A stretch of 62,288 bases of DNA, counting the filler, from Perkinsus olseni (Eukaryota), in assembly GCA_013115125.1 (NCBI GenBank). It is 14 parts of 14 records of this genome, joined end to end, with 100 filler letters (N's around TTAATTAATTAA, not from the genome) between each part and the next. Parts side by side here need not be neighbours in the genome. Positions count along the whole stretch, not along the records: positions 9,023 to 13,428 come from JABANN010001281.1; positions 13,529 to 17,928 come from JABANN010001282.1; positions 18,029 to 22,402 come from JABANN010001283.1; positions 22,503 to 26,874 come from JABANN010001284.1; 10 more parts are not named here. One strand, 5' to 3'. Within the stretch, counting starts at the first letter, position 1; each line of letters starts with the position of its first letter. The position numbers and the translations under genes were made by a program. Below, in pieces: positions 11,172 to 22,946 of the stretch. Under the pieces are notes generated by a model. That model did no database searches, had not been told where the DNA came from, and saw only the letters and a program-made list of their open reading frames with translations.

Positions 11172-13428
11172 TTAATGCGAATAACGATCAGGCGTGCGAA
11201 TCACTCTACCAGACACGAGAGAAATGCGAACATTCTCATCGCGATTGGAAGGAGTAGCTTGGGAGACAGCATCAACATCGGTATAATCAGAAAGGTTCCA
11301 ATGAAAATCGTCATCATCAGCTACAACATCATCATGCTCAAGGGCGGCATGCTCAACAGCAGGATGCTCAGCAACTGGATGCTCAGCAGCATCATGGTCA
11401 TGTTGAGCAACATCCAATTCACCTGGTGGTTGATAATTTCGTTCCTCAACTCTCGCGGGCAAGTAGTCATCAGAGCTGGTGTCGTCCACCCATGTACAGG
11501 GTGTATGAAGGTCAACAGTAGTCTGGCTGCGGGAAACCGCTGCAGCAGATGACGTCGTAGAAGGCGAATGTGTAACCGACAACGGAGACGGCACTGTAGT
11601 AGGTGTCTGTGAAATACGGGGCATAACGGTCACGGAGCGAATCTGATTACGATGAGCCACAAATGGTTTACCAATACCATTCAGAAGAGTGACCAACCTA
11701 GAAGACTGCGGAGAGAGACCAGTACACCAAAAAGGGCCGAGCCACTTAGACGAAAGTTTTGAGGATCTCACCGGATTGTAATACCACACCCAGCCAAAGA
11801 GCAGATAACAAGAGCAGTGGCAAGCACGCATACCAAAGCTTTAACCCGGACTTTCGGATGAGGTTCAGTACAATAGAGTTAACCTTCTCAATGGCACCAT
11901 GTGACGCTGGAGAATATGGAGGACTGTGGAACATAGTACAGTTGAATCTGGACAAAAAATTCACCACTTGGCGAGTTTTGAAATGTGATCCATTGTCACA
12001 ATAAACTCTAGGTGCCACTCCAAAGTTGGAAAAATATACCAACAATGATCTCATTGTAGTGGAACCCGATGGCTGTTCACCCTGTGATAATACGAAGCAT
12101 GTAATGTACTTCGAAAACACATCTTAAATAGTGGGAATCCATCGACCATCGACGGATAAGTAGTCCATACTTATCACTTCCAAGGGACGAGTAGCCAGCA
12201 TACTGTTCAATCGAGCATTATCAGGGGTAGGTCGTCGAAAAGCCTGACAAACGGAACAGCTTTCCGTCCAAAAGTTCACATCATCTTCCAACCTCGGCCA
12301 ATAGCAGCTAGCCTTAATAGCTTCCAGCATGCTCTTGTGGTGTAGTAGAGTCAGCTTTCTGAGCCGAGCGCAACTCTTCCAAGCTAATAGGGCTTTTGAA
12401 TTTGGCCGGTAAGTCATCAATAAATAAGACCGAAGTATCAGCTTTTGGCGCTGTAGTGGAAGTGACATGGTCAGCAGACGACGATGATGGTGATGATGAT
12501 GATGATGATGGACCAACTCGATTATCGTCATTCTCCTTATATTCGTCAAAGAAGGCGTCGGGGTCGTAAAAGTGGGTTACCAAGTAAGTGAGGAAATCAT
12601 GCCTCGTGAGAGCATCAGCAGGATTAAACTTTCCCTTCACAAGATAGATGTGGAAGGGATCGATATCAGACAATAGGAATAATGGGAATAGGCCTGAGGA
12701 ATACCATGAATACGGCCGTTTTTAATAATGGATACACACAGAGCAGAATCACTGAATAAGTCTACAGAATACTTATCACGAGTAAGGCACTGAAGCTTAC
12801 TAATACTAGAGAAAGCAAAGCGAATGCACATCATTTCCTTATACGAGATATTAAGGGGAATGTGCTTAAGTGGAAACAAATAATTCTCAGAATATACCAC
12901 AACATCGTTTTGCTGAATGCTGAATCCCATACAATATTTACTGGCGTCTGTATAGATGCGAAGAACTATAGAAGGAGATATATATAACGGGAACTTGCAA
13001 GGTTTACATGTGGTTGCGAAATCGATAAAACGCAGTACTAGCGCAACTAAATGAGGATCCAACTGAGCTGAGCGCGATGACTTAGCAGTAGATGGCATTG
13101 AAGAAGAACAGGTGGATTGTACTCTATTAGCGAAAGTTCGCAACCATGCACTATATACAGGCATCTTCGGGATCACACCAATCAAACGAGCAACATCACT
13201 GAACGTCAGGTGATGAGAGTCGGCAGACTTCTTGGCGTCGAGTAAGACAGTTTTCCATCGCTGATCTTTCTCGGCACCTACAGAGAGCCACTTCACTCCT
13301 GAGTTCAGATCCGTGAAGATGGCAATACCAAGAACAGCAGTAGTAGTAATACGATCCGTTTAGCCAACTTTGGTTTTGCGGAATTGGTACGCTCGTTCCT
13401 CAGTGGGCAATGGTCGAGCTTAGGAGGA
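11172..13428 (-). pseudogene. Degenerate LTR-retrotransposon pol (RNaseH-integrase), several frameshifts
   Basis: IYTDASKY, KEMM, LFSDS, NPADALTR; zinc finger YWPRLEDDV..CSVC; ISMDY, CDNGSHF, GAIEKVN; KWLGPF; tail GRVIRTPDRY. Confidence 0.9.
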
Positions 13429-13528
13429 NNNNNNNNNNNNNNNNNNNNNNNNNNNNNNNNNNNNNNNNNNNNTTAATTAATTAANNNNNNNNNNNNNNNN
13501 NNNNNNNNNNNNNNNNNNNNNNNNNNNN

Positions 13529-13614
13529 CAGGAATTGTTGGTAGGGACAGGACACAATTAGCTATGGAAATGGTCTGGCAATGAGAACACAATTGTCTAC
13601 ATTCTTCCCCGTCT
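13529..13614 (-). repeat. Polypurine tract and start of a 3' LTR (TGTAGAC at 13601), truncated by the contig end
   Basis: AGACGGGGAAGAA is directly followed by TG, shortly after the integrase stop. Confidence 0.7.
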
Positions 13615-13633
13615 ATAAGATTAGTGGAAGTCT

Positions 13634-14437
13634 TCAGTCATAACCATAACGTTGTGGCTTCCGAATAATACGCCCATAGCGGGAAACTCGATGCAAGTTG
13701 CCAATAGGGTCACCTTGTCGATGTACTTCCGGTATATTAGCTTCTTCGTCCACAATATCATCATAGGTAGGAGTCCATCTTGGAGGTAAGGATGGAGGCT
13801 CTCTCATCGTTGGCGTCATTTTCTCAATAGGACTCGGGCCATGATGTGGGGCAGGATCTAGACGAAGGCGATTAGTATGACAGGTAAAGACGTATCCAGT
13901 TTTATCAACACATATCCGATAGGTCACGTCACTCGATTTAGAGAAAACGGTATATCCTCGTCGCCAATGGGTCTGTAACTTGGAACGTAACTGGTCGAAG
14001 TAGACGAGTACGTGAGAACCGGAGGGATAGATAGGATGACATTCCGCCTTTTTATTGAAATGCCGCCTGTACGCAGATTTAGACTCGGCAAGCTGGCCTG
14101 CGACATAGTCAATAATAGTAGCATGTACAATATCATGGGGTGAAGTTGTAGTCAATGGAGTTGGACTGAGCAGATACGGTTGAAGTGGACGTCGGCCGAA
14201 CATTGCTTCGAAAGGAGAGATACCTATAGATGTCTGTTTAGTGACATTGTACTCGTAGACGAGCTTGGGTAGAACTTGAAGCCAATTACCACCAGAATAT
14301 ATACAAAGGTAAGCCTTAAGTCGATCCAATAAGGTTCTATGGAACCTCTCTACTTGACCATTCGAAGCAGGATGCGCAACCGAAGAGTAACGCACCTCTA
14401 CCCCATATCGAGAAAGAGTCTCGAGATAGTGAGAGTT
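13634..14437 (-). pseudogene. Ty3/Gypsy-type integrase C-terminal part, cut by the Ngaro insertion
   Basis: HPASNGQVERFHRTL, YNVTKQTSIGISPFEAMFGR, tail RYGRIIRKPQRY. The DNG motif expected just upstream is replaced by the Ngaro end. Confidence 0.9.
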
Positions 14438-14990
14438 ATACACATCATACGGAGCCTTGTTCCTGACATCTCATGACGTTGGGCAGAGTGGACGTCAGGT
14501 CGAAGATCCGTACGCTGCTGTGTCGATGTTCCCGGTACGCAGTGTCGAATTTCATGGTGGGTGGTGCGGGAGGGAATGTTTTTCTTTGGCGAGCTTCCTA
14601 CCTCGCCTATACATTAAAGAACCTTAAGGCCTTGAGCGGCGGCCATTGTGCTTGCGTGCGGCTCCTGTAGTGTACGTGCGCACAAACTGCGTCGTGCGCC
14701 ACATACACATCATACGGAGCCTTGTTCCTGACATCTCATGACGTTGGGCAGAGTGGACGTCAGGTCGAAGATCCGTACGCTGCTGTGTCGATGTTCCCCA
14801 TGTACGTGGAGCGTCGGATCTGAGTGTCCACTCCGCCCGCGTGCGTCTGCCCCCCACGAGGAAAGAGACGCGCCTGACTGTGGTCGAACGCAAGTCGTGA
14901 CGTATTGGATAGCTGTTCGTAGTAGTGTCGAGTGGCTGCGAAGTCATAATGTTATGGAGAGGACCCATGATGATGGTTAAGCCTGACCGG

Positions 14991-16031
14991 TTAGTGATGC
15001 TGTAAGATGTAGACTGACTTGGTCTTGGAGGATGACCAGCCACCTGCCTTGTCGATGTTCTGATCGGAGAAGCCTGTGGTAGCCATGTCGGTAATGAAAC
15101 CACGTCGGAATGCATGGGAGGAGAGGAGCTGGTACCGTTGTCCAAATCCGGCACGGGTCGCACACAGCCTCAACAAGTTGTTGAAAGTTGATAATGACAT
15201 AGACCGGATAGGTAGGGTTATGAGCGATTTAGTCGCTTCCACGGGGCAGAGAGAGGCGCCAAGAATATGACATGTACAACGGCGACACATGGTCGTCGAT
15301 TTGGTCGTATTCTTACGTCTGAACAGCCTCAAAGTGACAGTGTTCTCGTGGATGTGGAGGGAACGATTGGACTCGTTGAGAAGTTCGGATGGTACCCTGC
15401 AACTGAAGCAATAAGTCAGGACGATGAGAGCTTTGAAGAGATGGAGTTTATGTAACGTAGCTTGTCGAACTAGGCTCTTAAGGAAGTGGAGAGAGATGCC
15501 TTCTTTTTCCTTGCGCTGTTGAGAGAGAGCGTTGGAGCAACCACGAGCAATGGCCTTTGTGAGTGGGTCGTCAAATTGTAACGGGTACTGTAACAACAAA
15601 TGTGCCTTCCGTAGAGCAGGTAAATACCGAACGTGGGAAAGTCTGGTCGTGAGGAAGGCCCGAATCCTCTCCGGGGAGGCAGGGATGGCTGGCGTAGAAG
15701 GAAATGTGTCCCAGCTCCAAAGAAGATAAACCTTCAGCGCGCATCTGTATGAGCGCCAAGTAGCAGATTGTAGGCTGGCTTCTACTAGTTGCTGTTGTGC
15801 TTCTGGAAGGGAGGGTAAACCGCTAGCTAGCAGGGAGGCTCGGTAGTCAGGGTGTTGGCGAACGATGCAGATCTTCAGAGACGTTCCTCGTGGGAGAGGG
15901 ACAGATGGGATCCATTCCTGGAAGAGGGATAAAGAGTTGACACTATCTGTGTGCATAGCATCTAATAGTTTTGATGGTTGGCGAATAATATTGGTGATAA
16001 CGGTGGTAATGTCGAGCTGAGTCATTGTCAA
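14991..16031 (-). CDS. Tyrosine recombinase of the DIRS/Ngaro element
   Basis: Catalytic R (CRVPSEL), LCPV, HAFRRG, GGWSS..Y; N-terminal ATWRSYR. Confidence 0.92.
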   Translation of the reverse strand: MTMTQLDITTVITNIIRQPSKLLDAMHTDSVNSLSLFQEWIPSVPLPRGTSLKICIVRQHPDYRASLLASGLPSLPEAQQQLVEASLQSATWRSYRCALKVYLLWSWDTFPSTPAIPASPERIRAFLTTRLSHVRYLPALRKAHLLLQYPLQFDDPLTKAIARGCSNALSQQRKEKEGISLHFLKSLVRQATLHKLHLFKALIVLTYCFSCRVPSELLNESNRSLHIHENTVTLRLFRRKNTTKSTTMCRRCTCHILGASLCPVEATKSLITLPIRSMSLSTFNNLLRLCATRAGFGQRYQLLSSHAFRRGFITDMATTGFSDQNIDKAGGWSSSKTKSVYILQHH

Positions 16032-16173
16032 TGGAAAAAGAATGTAGCCTGCCTAGGGGGTTGAGATGCCTGAACACAACCCGTGGAGAGTTGAGACGAA
16101 AGGGGGGATGTAGCGTAAGAAGTGAAAAAGGTCCATAAGTGTTCAATGACGCGTTTGTAGTGACGGAGATGCG

Positions 16174-17928
16174 TTAAGAGGTAGTGGACCACCAAGATGG
16201 TAATTTGATGGTCACTGGAAAGCCGCAGTTGGTGTAGGGGCATTCACCACGTGATAGCGTATCCGCTGGATTCAAGGCAGAGGGAACATGAGCTACGAAG
16301 AAATGATAGATTTGAAGATCAGCAAGTCTGCGCCAAAATTCTCCTGCCATGGTATTCAATCTTTCCGAAGGACTGGAGCCCCTAAGTATGAGATATTGAC
16401 ATGTACTGTTATCCGTGAAGAGAAGCAAGCACTTGTTAGCGCACCAAAATCGGAGAGACTCGATAGTGGTAGTAGCAGCTAGCATCTCCAGAGTATTGAT
16501 GGACTCCTGTTGGAGTTGGAGTTGTAGCTGACCATAAAATAGTGGTAGTTGATGTTGAGCCGGAGAAAATATTCCTATACCATATGAAGTAGATGCATCC
16601 GAGTAGCATATGAATGGTTTCAGAGATGAATGTAGCTGTGTTTCCAGAATAAGGTCTCTGGCGTAATGTTGAGCTTCAAGGAGTTGAAGGAGCATAGATA
16701 GAGCCGAGCGAACGGATGCATCCGCGATAGGCTTCCCTAGCGACTTCCGAATGAGTACTCTGCATGGTGCACGACCCAAGCGCCCGAAGAGAGCCTCACA
16801 ACAGAAGGATAACTTGCCTGCGACTTTGGAGTCCACGATAGTTGACTTGGACAATGCGATGATATCGGCATGTAACCGTGTTTTGCGTTCAGGAGTGAGC
16901 GTCACCCTACATTGGCCATGGACTAAGCTGACTTGCAGTCCCAGAAGGACGGTTTCCTCGGCTGGAGGAATAGTCTTAGCATGTTTGATCTTAGCGCCCG
17001 TGAGACCGTGTAAAAAGTAGAAGAACTCCATAGCAGAACCGCTGCATTCGGCGAGCTCAACTGGGAAAAAATCATCCATATAAGCAAAACAATTGCACAT
17101 CGCTAAACAGCGCATGAGGTGGCAATGTAATTCACTGATCCTCAGAAAATTGCTCACACTGGCGCTGGCTCCGAAAGGGCAGACACGGGGAACGAAAACT
17201 TTGGGCATGTTATCATTGTCATTGAACATTCCTGCTGCTTTGAATGAATCAAGTAATCGGAATCTGTCGATAAGCGGATTGATGATCGAAGCGACCAATG
17301 TGAAGAATTGCTTCCGGAGGGAAATCTAATTGTACCAATAACTGAGCTACATGTGGTAACCGAGGCATCTCAACTTTGTGGAGAGTAGTGGCGCCCTGGT
17401 TGAATGCGCGACCCCCCACCGAGAAGGAATAATTCGAGATAAGTCGCACTTTGTCGCTCTGGTCTATTGCAAAGAGCGGGGATGCGAAGTCAATCCCCTG
17501 AGGTAGGCTATGAAGAGTATATGGGCCTTCTGCTCGACCAAGGCCTATCTCGTTATACACATTGGAGATAACTGCTTGTTGTAAACGTTCGTCGCTAACA
17601 GTCTTGTTCAAGTATGATGCTACCTTGCACAGGTTGGAGTGCGATGTAGACAAGTGGGATCGGGACCACTTGGCGATACGAGGTTTAGACAATGCTGGAA
17701 GGTAGATAACCCTGGGATTTCTCCAAGAAGGGGAAATCCGTCTTGTAAATTGTCAGGAATATCCCTATCCGCATAGTTAGTAAGATCGATCAAGGCGGAC
17801 ACAGCATTGATGTTCCAGTGTGATGCTGCTCGAGGGGGGATGTAATTGGCAGGTAAGTCCGAGACCCATACTTGAAGGGCTTGTATGTTGTGCTGACGAA
17901 CCCAGTTGAGCTCTTGCGGAGATAAACA
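16174..17928 (-). pseudogene. DIRS-type RT/RNaseH, frameshifted near 17255 and 17700
   Basis: GFPLLG, DHQSAYRQI, CPFGASAS, AYMDDFF, YSDAS, LEMLA, FTDN, NPADTLSR, spread over three ORFs. Confidence 0.9.
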
Positions 17929-18028
17929 NNNNNNNNNNNNNNNNNNNNNNNNNNNNNNNNNNNNNNNNNNNNTTAATTAATTAANNNNNNNNNNNNNNNN
18001 NNNNNNNNNNNNNNNNNNNNNNNNNNNN

Positions 18029-18551
18029 ATCGATCATCATCAAATCGATCACCGCGCCAGTCGACAGCGACAACCGCGCCAGTCAACAGCGCTCCATAAC
18101 ACCGCGTCTGTCGAGGAACTCGCAAAGTATCTGGAACTCCCCAACCTCGACTGTACTGGGACAGTGTCCCCACGCCGCGACGTCACCGGCGTTGACCTTC
18201 TGGAGTACTTCGGAGTAGTTCGGAGGTGGTACGGTGGTTCTCACAGTAGAAACCACTATTACGGTGGCACCGACGGTGCCGCACCGTACTCCCTCCTTGC
18301 TTTTCGATAACTCTGTGATTTTCTGGAGATCTCTCACTAAGAGCCTCTCAGGCACCCGTTACTGAGCGCTAGAGCCGAGCCTGCTCAGCAGATTCTGGAG
18401 ACCCTCAAACGTTCCAGGGGAAAGGTGCCAAGTCAGGGCTCGTGAACATGTCCGACCGTTTACGAGATTATCTCCGAGATGATATCTCGCGAGGACGGTA
18501 ATTAATGGTGAGAAAAGGCCCCTTAATATACTTCTCATACCGAGGGAAAAT
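18029..18551 (-). pseudogene. Degenerate N-terminus of an Ngaro-type tyrosine recombinase (host of the LTR insertion)
   Basis: TLSQYSRGW...CEFL in shifting frames resembles TFSQYSSGFRSYLSF of the YR at 38637-39962. Confidence 0.5.
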
Positions 18552-18836
18552 TCTTGGAGGACGGCATCCTTGTACGTCTTCTTATTAGTAGAGGGACTGT
18601 TATCTCCGTAATTACTCATTGGAACACAACCAGAGGAGGAAAATAAACCTGCAAACTCATAGTTATCGTAATGGAGGAAACTACTCTCCACTAGCGTCAT
18701 TGTGTTAGGCTGAGCGAATCACTTAAGAATCATAATAGACAGCCCGTCACAATAATCAAAGAAAATACAATAATAATGCCAAGGCTCGGGATCGAACCCG
18801 GAGCCTCCATCGGCGCACCGAGCACATAGTGCTACA
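18552..18836 (-). repeat. 3' LTR, 285 bp, TG...GA ends; identical by eye to 55035-55319
   Basis: Directly follows the integrase stop. Downstream flank begins ATTT. Confidence 0.88.
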
Positions 18837-18844
18837 TGCATATC

Positions 18845-21800
18845 TCACTCATCTCCAGCAACAAAAGGAGCAGTCGACAGTATATTAGAAGATTCCAGCC
18901 AGCGCTGGACGACAGCAGGTATCTTCCGTGCCTTAGTAGGAGTGAAGACCAGCCAACAATCTTCAGGCCGAGCATCCCAGCAAAAACCCTTCTCTCTACT
19001 CCAAATCCCGGAGGGTCTCTGAGTCAGATCTTGAACTCGAATTCGGCCATCAGGTAGCTTCTCGACATACTCCAACACATAACCTGTCTTAGTACGAGTA
19101 GAGTAGTCACCGGTCATATCAAACCAGACGATGAAGTCGCCCTTAGCAACTTCCGATAGAGGCTTAGAATTAGGACACTTATCCACGATAAGTTCATTAA
19201 TCTCACCTCTCACATCATCAGCGGCCATTTGAAAAGCTTCATCTTTAGAACTAGTAATATGAGGAGCCAAAGCATTAGCGTGGACATTCTGGTTCACATT
19301 TTCTAGTCGATAAGAGTTATCGCCATTGATCGCAGCCACCTTAAAGGGACCTTTACGCAGGCGTTGGTGACTAGAATCATAAGGGAACCAATAGACCGAG
19401 TCACCGATCTTCCAAATTGAGGAAGTACTTTCGCAGAAGAAGACACAAGGGCCAAGAACTCCTTCTTCGCAGCGTCATCTTCACGCAGACCACGATAAGC
19501 CAAATACTGAAGGTCCACAAACTCCTTAAGTCTTGTAGCAAAGTCATGATCCAAGACAAGAGACTTGTCTAATTCAGCATCATCCATAGTCAGATCTTCA
19601 GCACCAAAGGCCAACTCACAAGGAGAGACTCCATAACTCGGTAATTGAGTCATATTGTGCTGGTTCACAGCTATCATAGTACTAATCAGCCAAGACAAGC
19701 CTGGTCGATTAAAAGCAGGGTTGGAGGCTCTATTCGCGCCTCGAATAAACCCATGTAGACGTTCTACAAGCCCTTGACACTCAGGTTCATAAGGAAAACC
19801 CACATGGTGACAGACATCCCAAATCTTCAGAAATTGAGAAAATTTGGCAGAAAGAAAAGCCGATGAACCATCAGTTTGAAGTTCAACGGGCTTCCCATAA
19901 GTCTGGCTCCGTAATAAAAGGGCTACAATAGCTGAGTCAGTATCCTCCTTAGAGGCCGGATACAAAGCTGCCAGTTTAGTACCACAATCAATAATACTAA
20001 CAAAGTAAGATATAGTCAAGGCTGACTCCTTACCATGAACCAGATCAGGCACATTATCAGATTCTTCTCTATATGCGAAGAAATCCATCTGCAGCCGTTG
20101 AAACCGTTGGGGCGGTTCCAAACGAACTGAACGTATACGCGCCGAAGGGGCCAAAGTGGTACATTTACTCTTTTGACAAGAGGAACATCCTTGCACAAGG
20201 CGACGAATATCTCTAGCCATATTCGGCCGAAAATACTTCTGCTTAATGTTCTCATAGCACCGCTGACCACCAATATGGGCCGCAAAAAGAGGATGGTGAT
20301 GGTTCTTGAAGAAGAGGTAGGATCTGGCCTTACCCGAGGGAACGTAGACCTTAGCTAGCGAATCTCGGTGATTAACCAGGAGGACCAGTCGTTGTTGTTC
20401 ATCAAGACCACAGCGCCTATGCAAAGAGCACAACTTCTCGCAATCCTCATAGTGGGAGAAGATAAACGAGCCATCTCTCGTCTCGCCATCAAGATAAGCG
20501 AATAATTCCTTCACTGGGACCTTGTAGAGAATGTCCTCAGACTCTCGTTGAAGAGGACCAAGTTGTTCTCGGAATTGTTCTTCCGTAAGCTTCAAAAAGA
20601 GACGAAGCTCTGACTTCTCGATAGGGATAGGTCCTTCATGAATGGACTCGTCCTCATTAAGAATAGAACCTTCGGCTTCAGAATCATCACCGTCTTCTTC
20701 TGACAGATCATCATCAATAGACCGAACCACATAGTCGCTTATCCAATTATTAGATAATTGGTCATCCAAGGGTAGGTCCATCTGATCATCGGCCTCAGAG
20801 ACTGGGGCATTGTCATTGGCAACCATGGTAACAATAGGCTCGGGCATCTTCATCTTCTCAGGCAGACGTGAGAGAAAATCGGCTACCCCATTAAGTCGGG
20901 CATGTATGTGCTCAAAGCTTATGGAGAACCCTTTGGTCTTCAACTTCTGCTTGATATCATCGAGTTGGGTTACCAGCTTGGCCACACCATTCTGGTCAGT
21001 TTTGGCAAGACGAGCCAAAAATTTATTACCAAAGCCTTGTTGTGCCCATGCTCTCGAGACATCACTATCAGTAAATATAGTGATCTGATAGGGACCATAA
21101 TGCTGTTGGTGTAAGGGATGGAGTTGATCACACCAGAAAAGGATACGTTCGCAAAGAATAACTAGACCATAGAACTCCTTCCTGTTGGTGTGCCAGTTCC
21201 ATTCAGACTTGTGCTCCTTAAACACATAAGTACCTTCTTGAAGTGTAATACGGTCAACCATATCAATAGCATCAGGTCCTTGATGAAGTTCATGACAGGC
21301 AAACAATGCAAAGGCACACCCTTCCTTTGAGGAATCAGAGAAACCAACAATTTGGCGTCTGTCTTCAATAGAATAGTGACCCTTACACTCTCTCAGGTAA
21401 GTAAGACCAGTATCGAGCAGTTCTTTATACCGCTCCAATTGGGATCTAGAAACTTGTAGTTTCTTATTCCAAGACTTCTTATCAGTAGGGAGACCAACCA
21501 CTCCAGCCCACATCTTGAGAGCATTCTTGATGTAGTCGGTGACACCATGTTCTCGGGTAGTCTCATGAAGCCTGCCTGTGTGTTGGAAGACTCTTCTTTT
21601 AGTTAATGGTAAAATCTCTGTAGCCGGAACATCCTCTGGGTTTATACAGTCGATACGAAGAGATAAATCTTGAGTAAGAGACCACATAGAACCCAAATGT
21701 CGCTCAGGCTTGTCAACCTCCACCCTACTCATCTTATCTAGGGGGAATTCGAAACCAATTAGAGTAACTTCGACTCCCAATAGCCGCTTGAAGATTTCAA

Positions 21801-22317
21801 CAAGTAAAGGAGGACCGCTTATCATAAAGTCGTCAAAGAAGTAGGCCAACGTGATCTCGATGTCGTCTCTGTGAACTGGTTTATCTTCAAAGCGGAAATT
21901 ATATAATACCGACTCTTCGTCTTGCAGCTCCATGATGACGTCGAAGGCTGCATAAGCCAGTTGCTCCATCAATAAAGTCGCCGCGTATAATGAAGAGGGT
22001 CCATGTTGGACCCCAAATATAATTCTCGAACTCTTGAAGAATGAACCATTAAACTTCAGGTAGGATACTCGCTTCCCTCCTTGGCGGATTCGGTAGAAGG
22101 CCTTCTTCAAGTCTAGAAACCAGACCTCATGGCCTTTCTGGTATCTTGATCGTGCCAGACTAGTCATCCAGAAGGGGTCTTCTTTAGTCCGACCAGCTTT
22201 AGGGGTAAAGAAGTTAACATACCGAGCGTCGGATACCAATCTACACCGGGTAGTTTTATGAGATCCTTGAACTAAGGGTCTCGATATAATAACCTTTGAC
22301 TTATCAATATTAGCCAA
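18845..22317 (-). CDS. LTR-retrotransposon Pol (RT-RNaseH-integrase); 5' truncated, one frameshift near 19415
   Basis: LDLKKAFYRI, IFGVQHGP, YFFDD, GFSDSS, IFTDS, NGVADFLSR, H-H-CSSC zinc finger, QMDFF, TDGS, GLVERLH. GPF motif and an extra tail lie in the shifted frame (18845-19339). Confidence 0.93.
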
Positions 22318-22946
22318 CTCTTCTTTAGATGCTAGGTGGACGGAGGCCTCGCTCTATGCGGGGTACCTCACAAATGTAGCGGCCCGAGCGGGGAAGGACC
22401 CGNNNNNNNNNNNNNNNNNNNNNNNNNNNNNNNNNNNNNNNNNNNNTTAATTAATTAANNNNNNNNNNNNNNNNNNNNNNNNNNNNNNNNNNNNNNNNNN
22501 NNTCCTTCTTGACACCACTATCACCAAATGTTAAAATACATTCTTGGTTCACTATTTCTCATCTTGCCTGTAATTCCGTTTGACGGATTCCTATCCGCCA
22601 CTATGTTCGGGTTCAGCGTTGAGTTCATTAATTAGCACCCCGCCTTAATTATTGTTGGCCATGAATGTAATTAGGCTGCTCCGTAGTGCCGAGGTAGCTG
22701 CACAGTTCAAGGGCAGCCTTGAGAGGCTTCGTCTCCGAGCTGCACGCTGCCTTACTTGACAAACTCTGCTCCTCTCTTCGGCTTGCTCGGTCCGAGAATA
22801 TCACTTGATAATGAGATCAAGCATCTACTCTAAGATATGCCCTGGTTGCCCAGTCTTGCAACCTCAGTCACTACTGGACTACAGCGACTGCAAGTCGGAG
22901 TGGCCCATCACGCCTAAAACAAACGAAACCGATGACATTTTTTATT

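Larger units (their letters stand above)
14438..17928 (-). mobile_element. Ngaro/PAT-like tyrosine-recombinase retrotransposon, 3' part with split direct repeats
   Basis: RT/RNaseH is followed by YR, then a 96-bp direct repeat at 14703-14798 and 14438-14533 separated by 169 bp (B1-A2-B2 layout). Confidence 0.9.
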
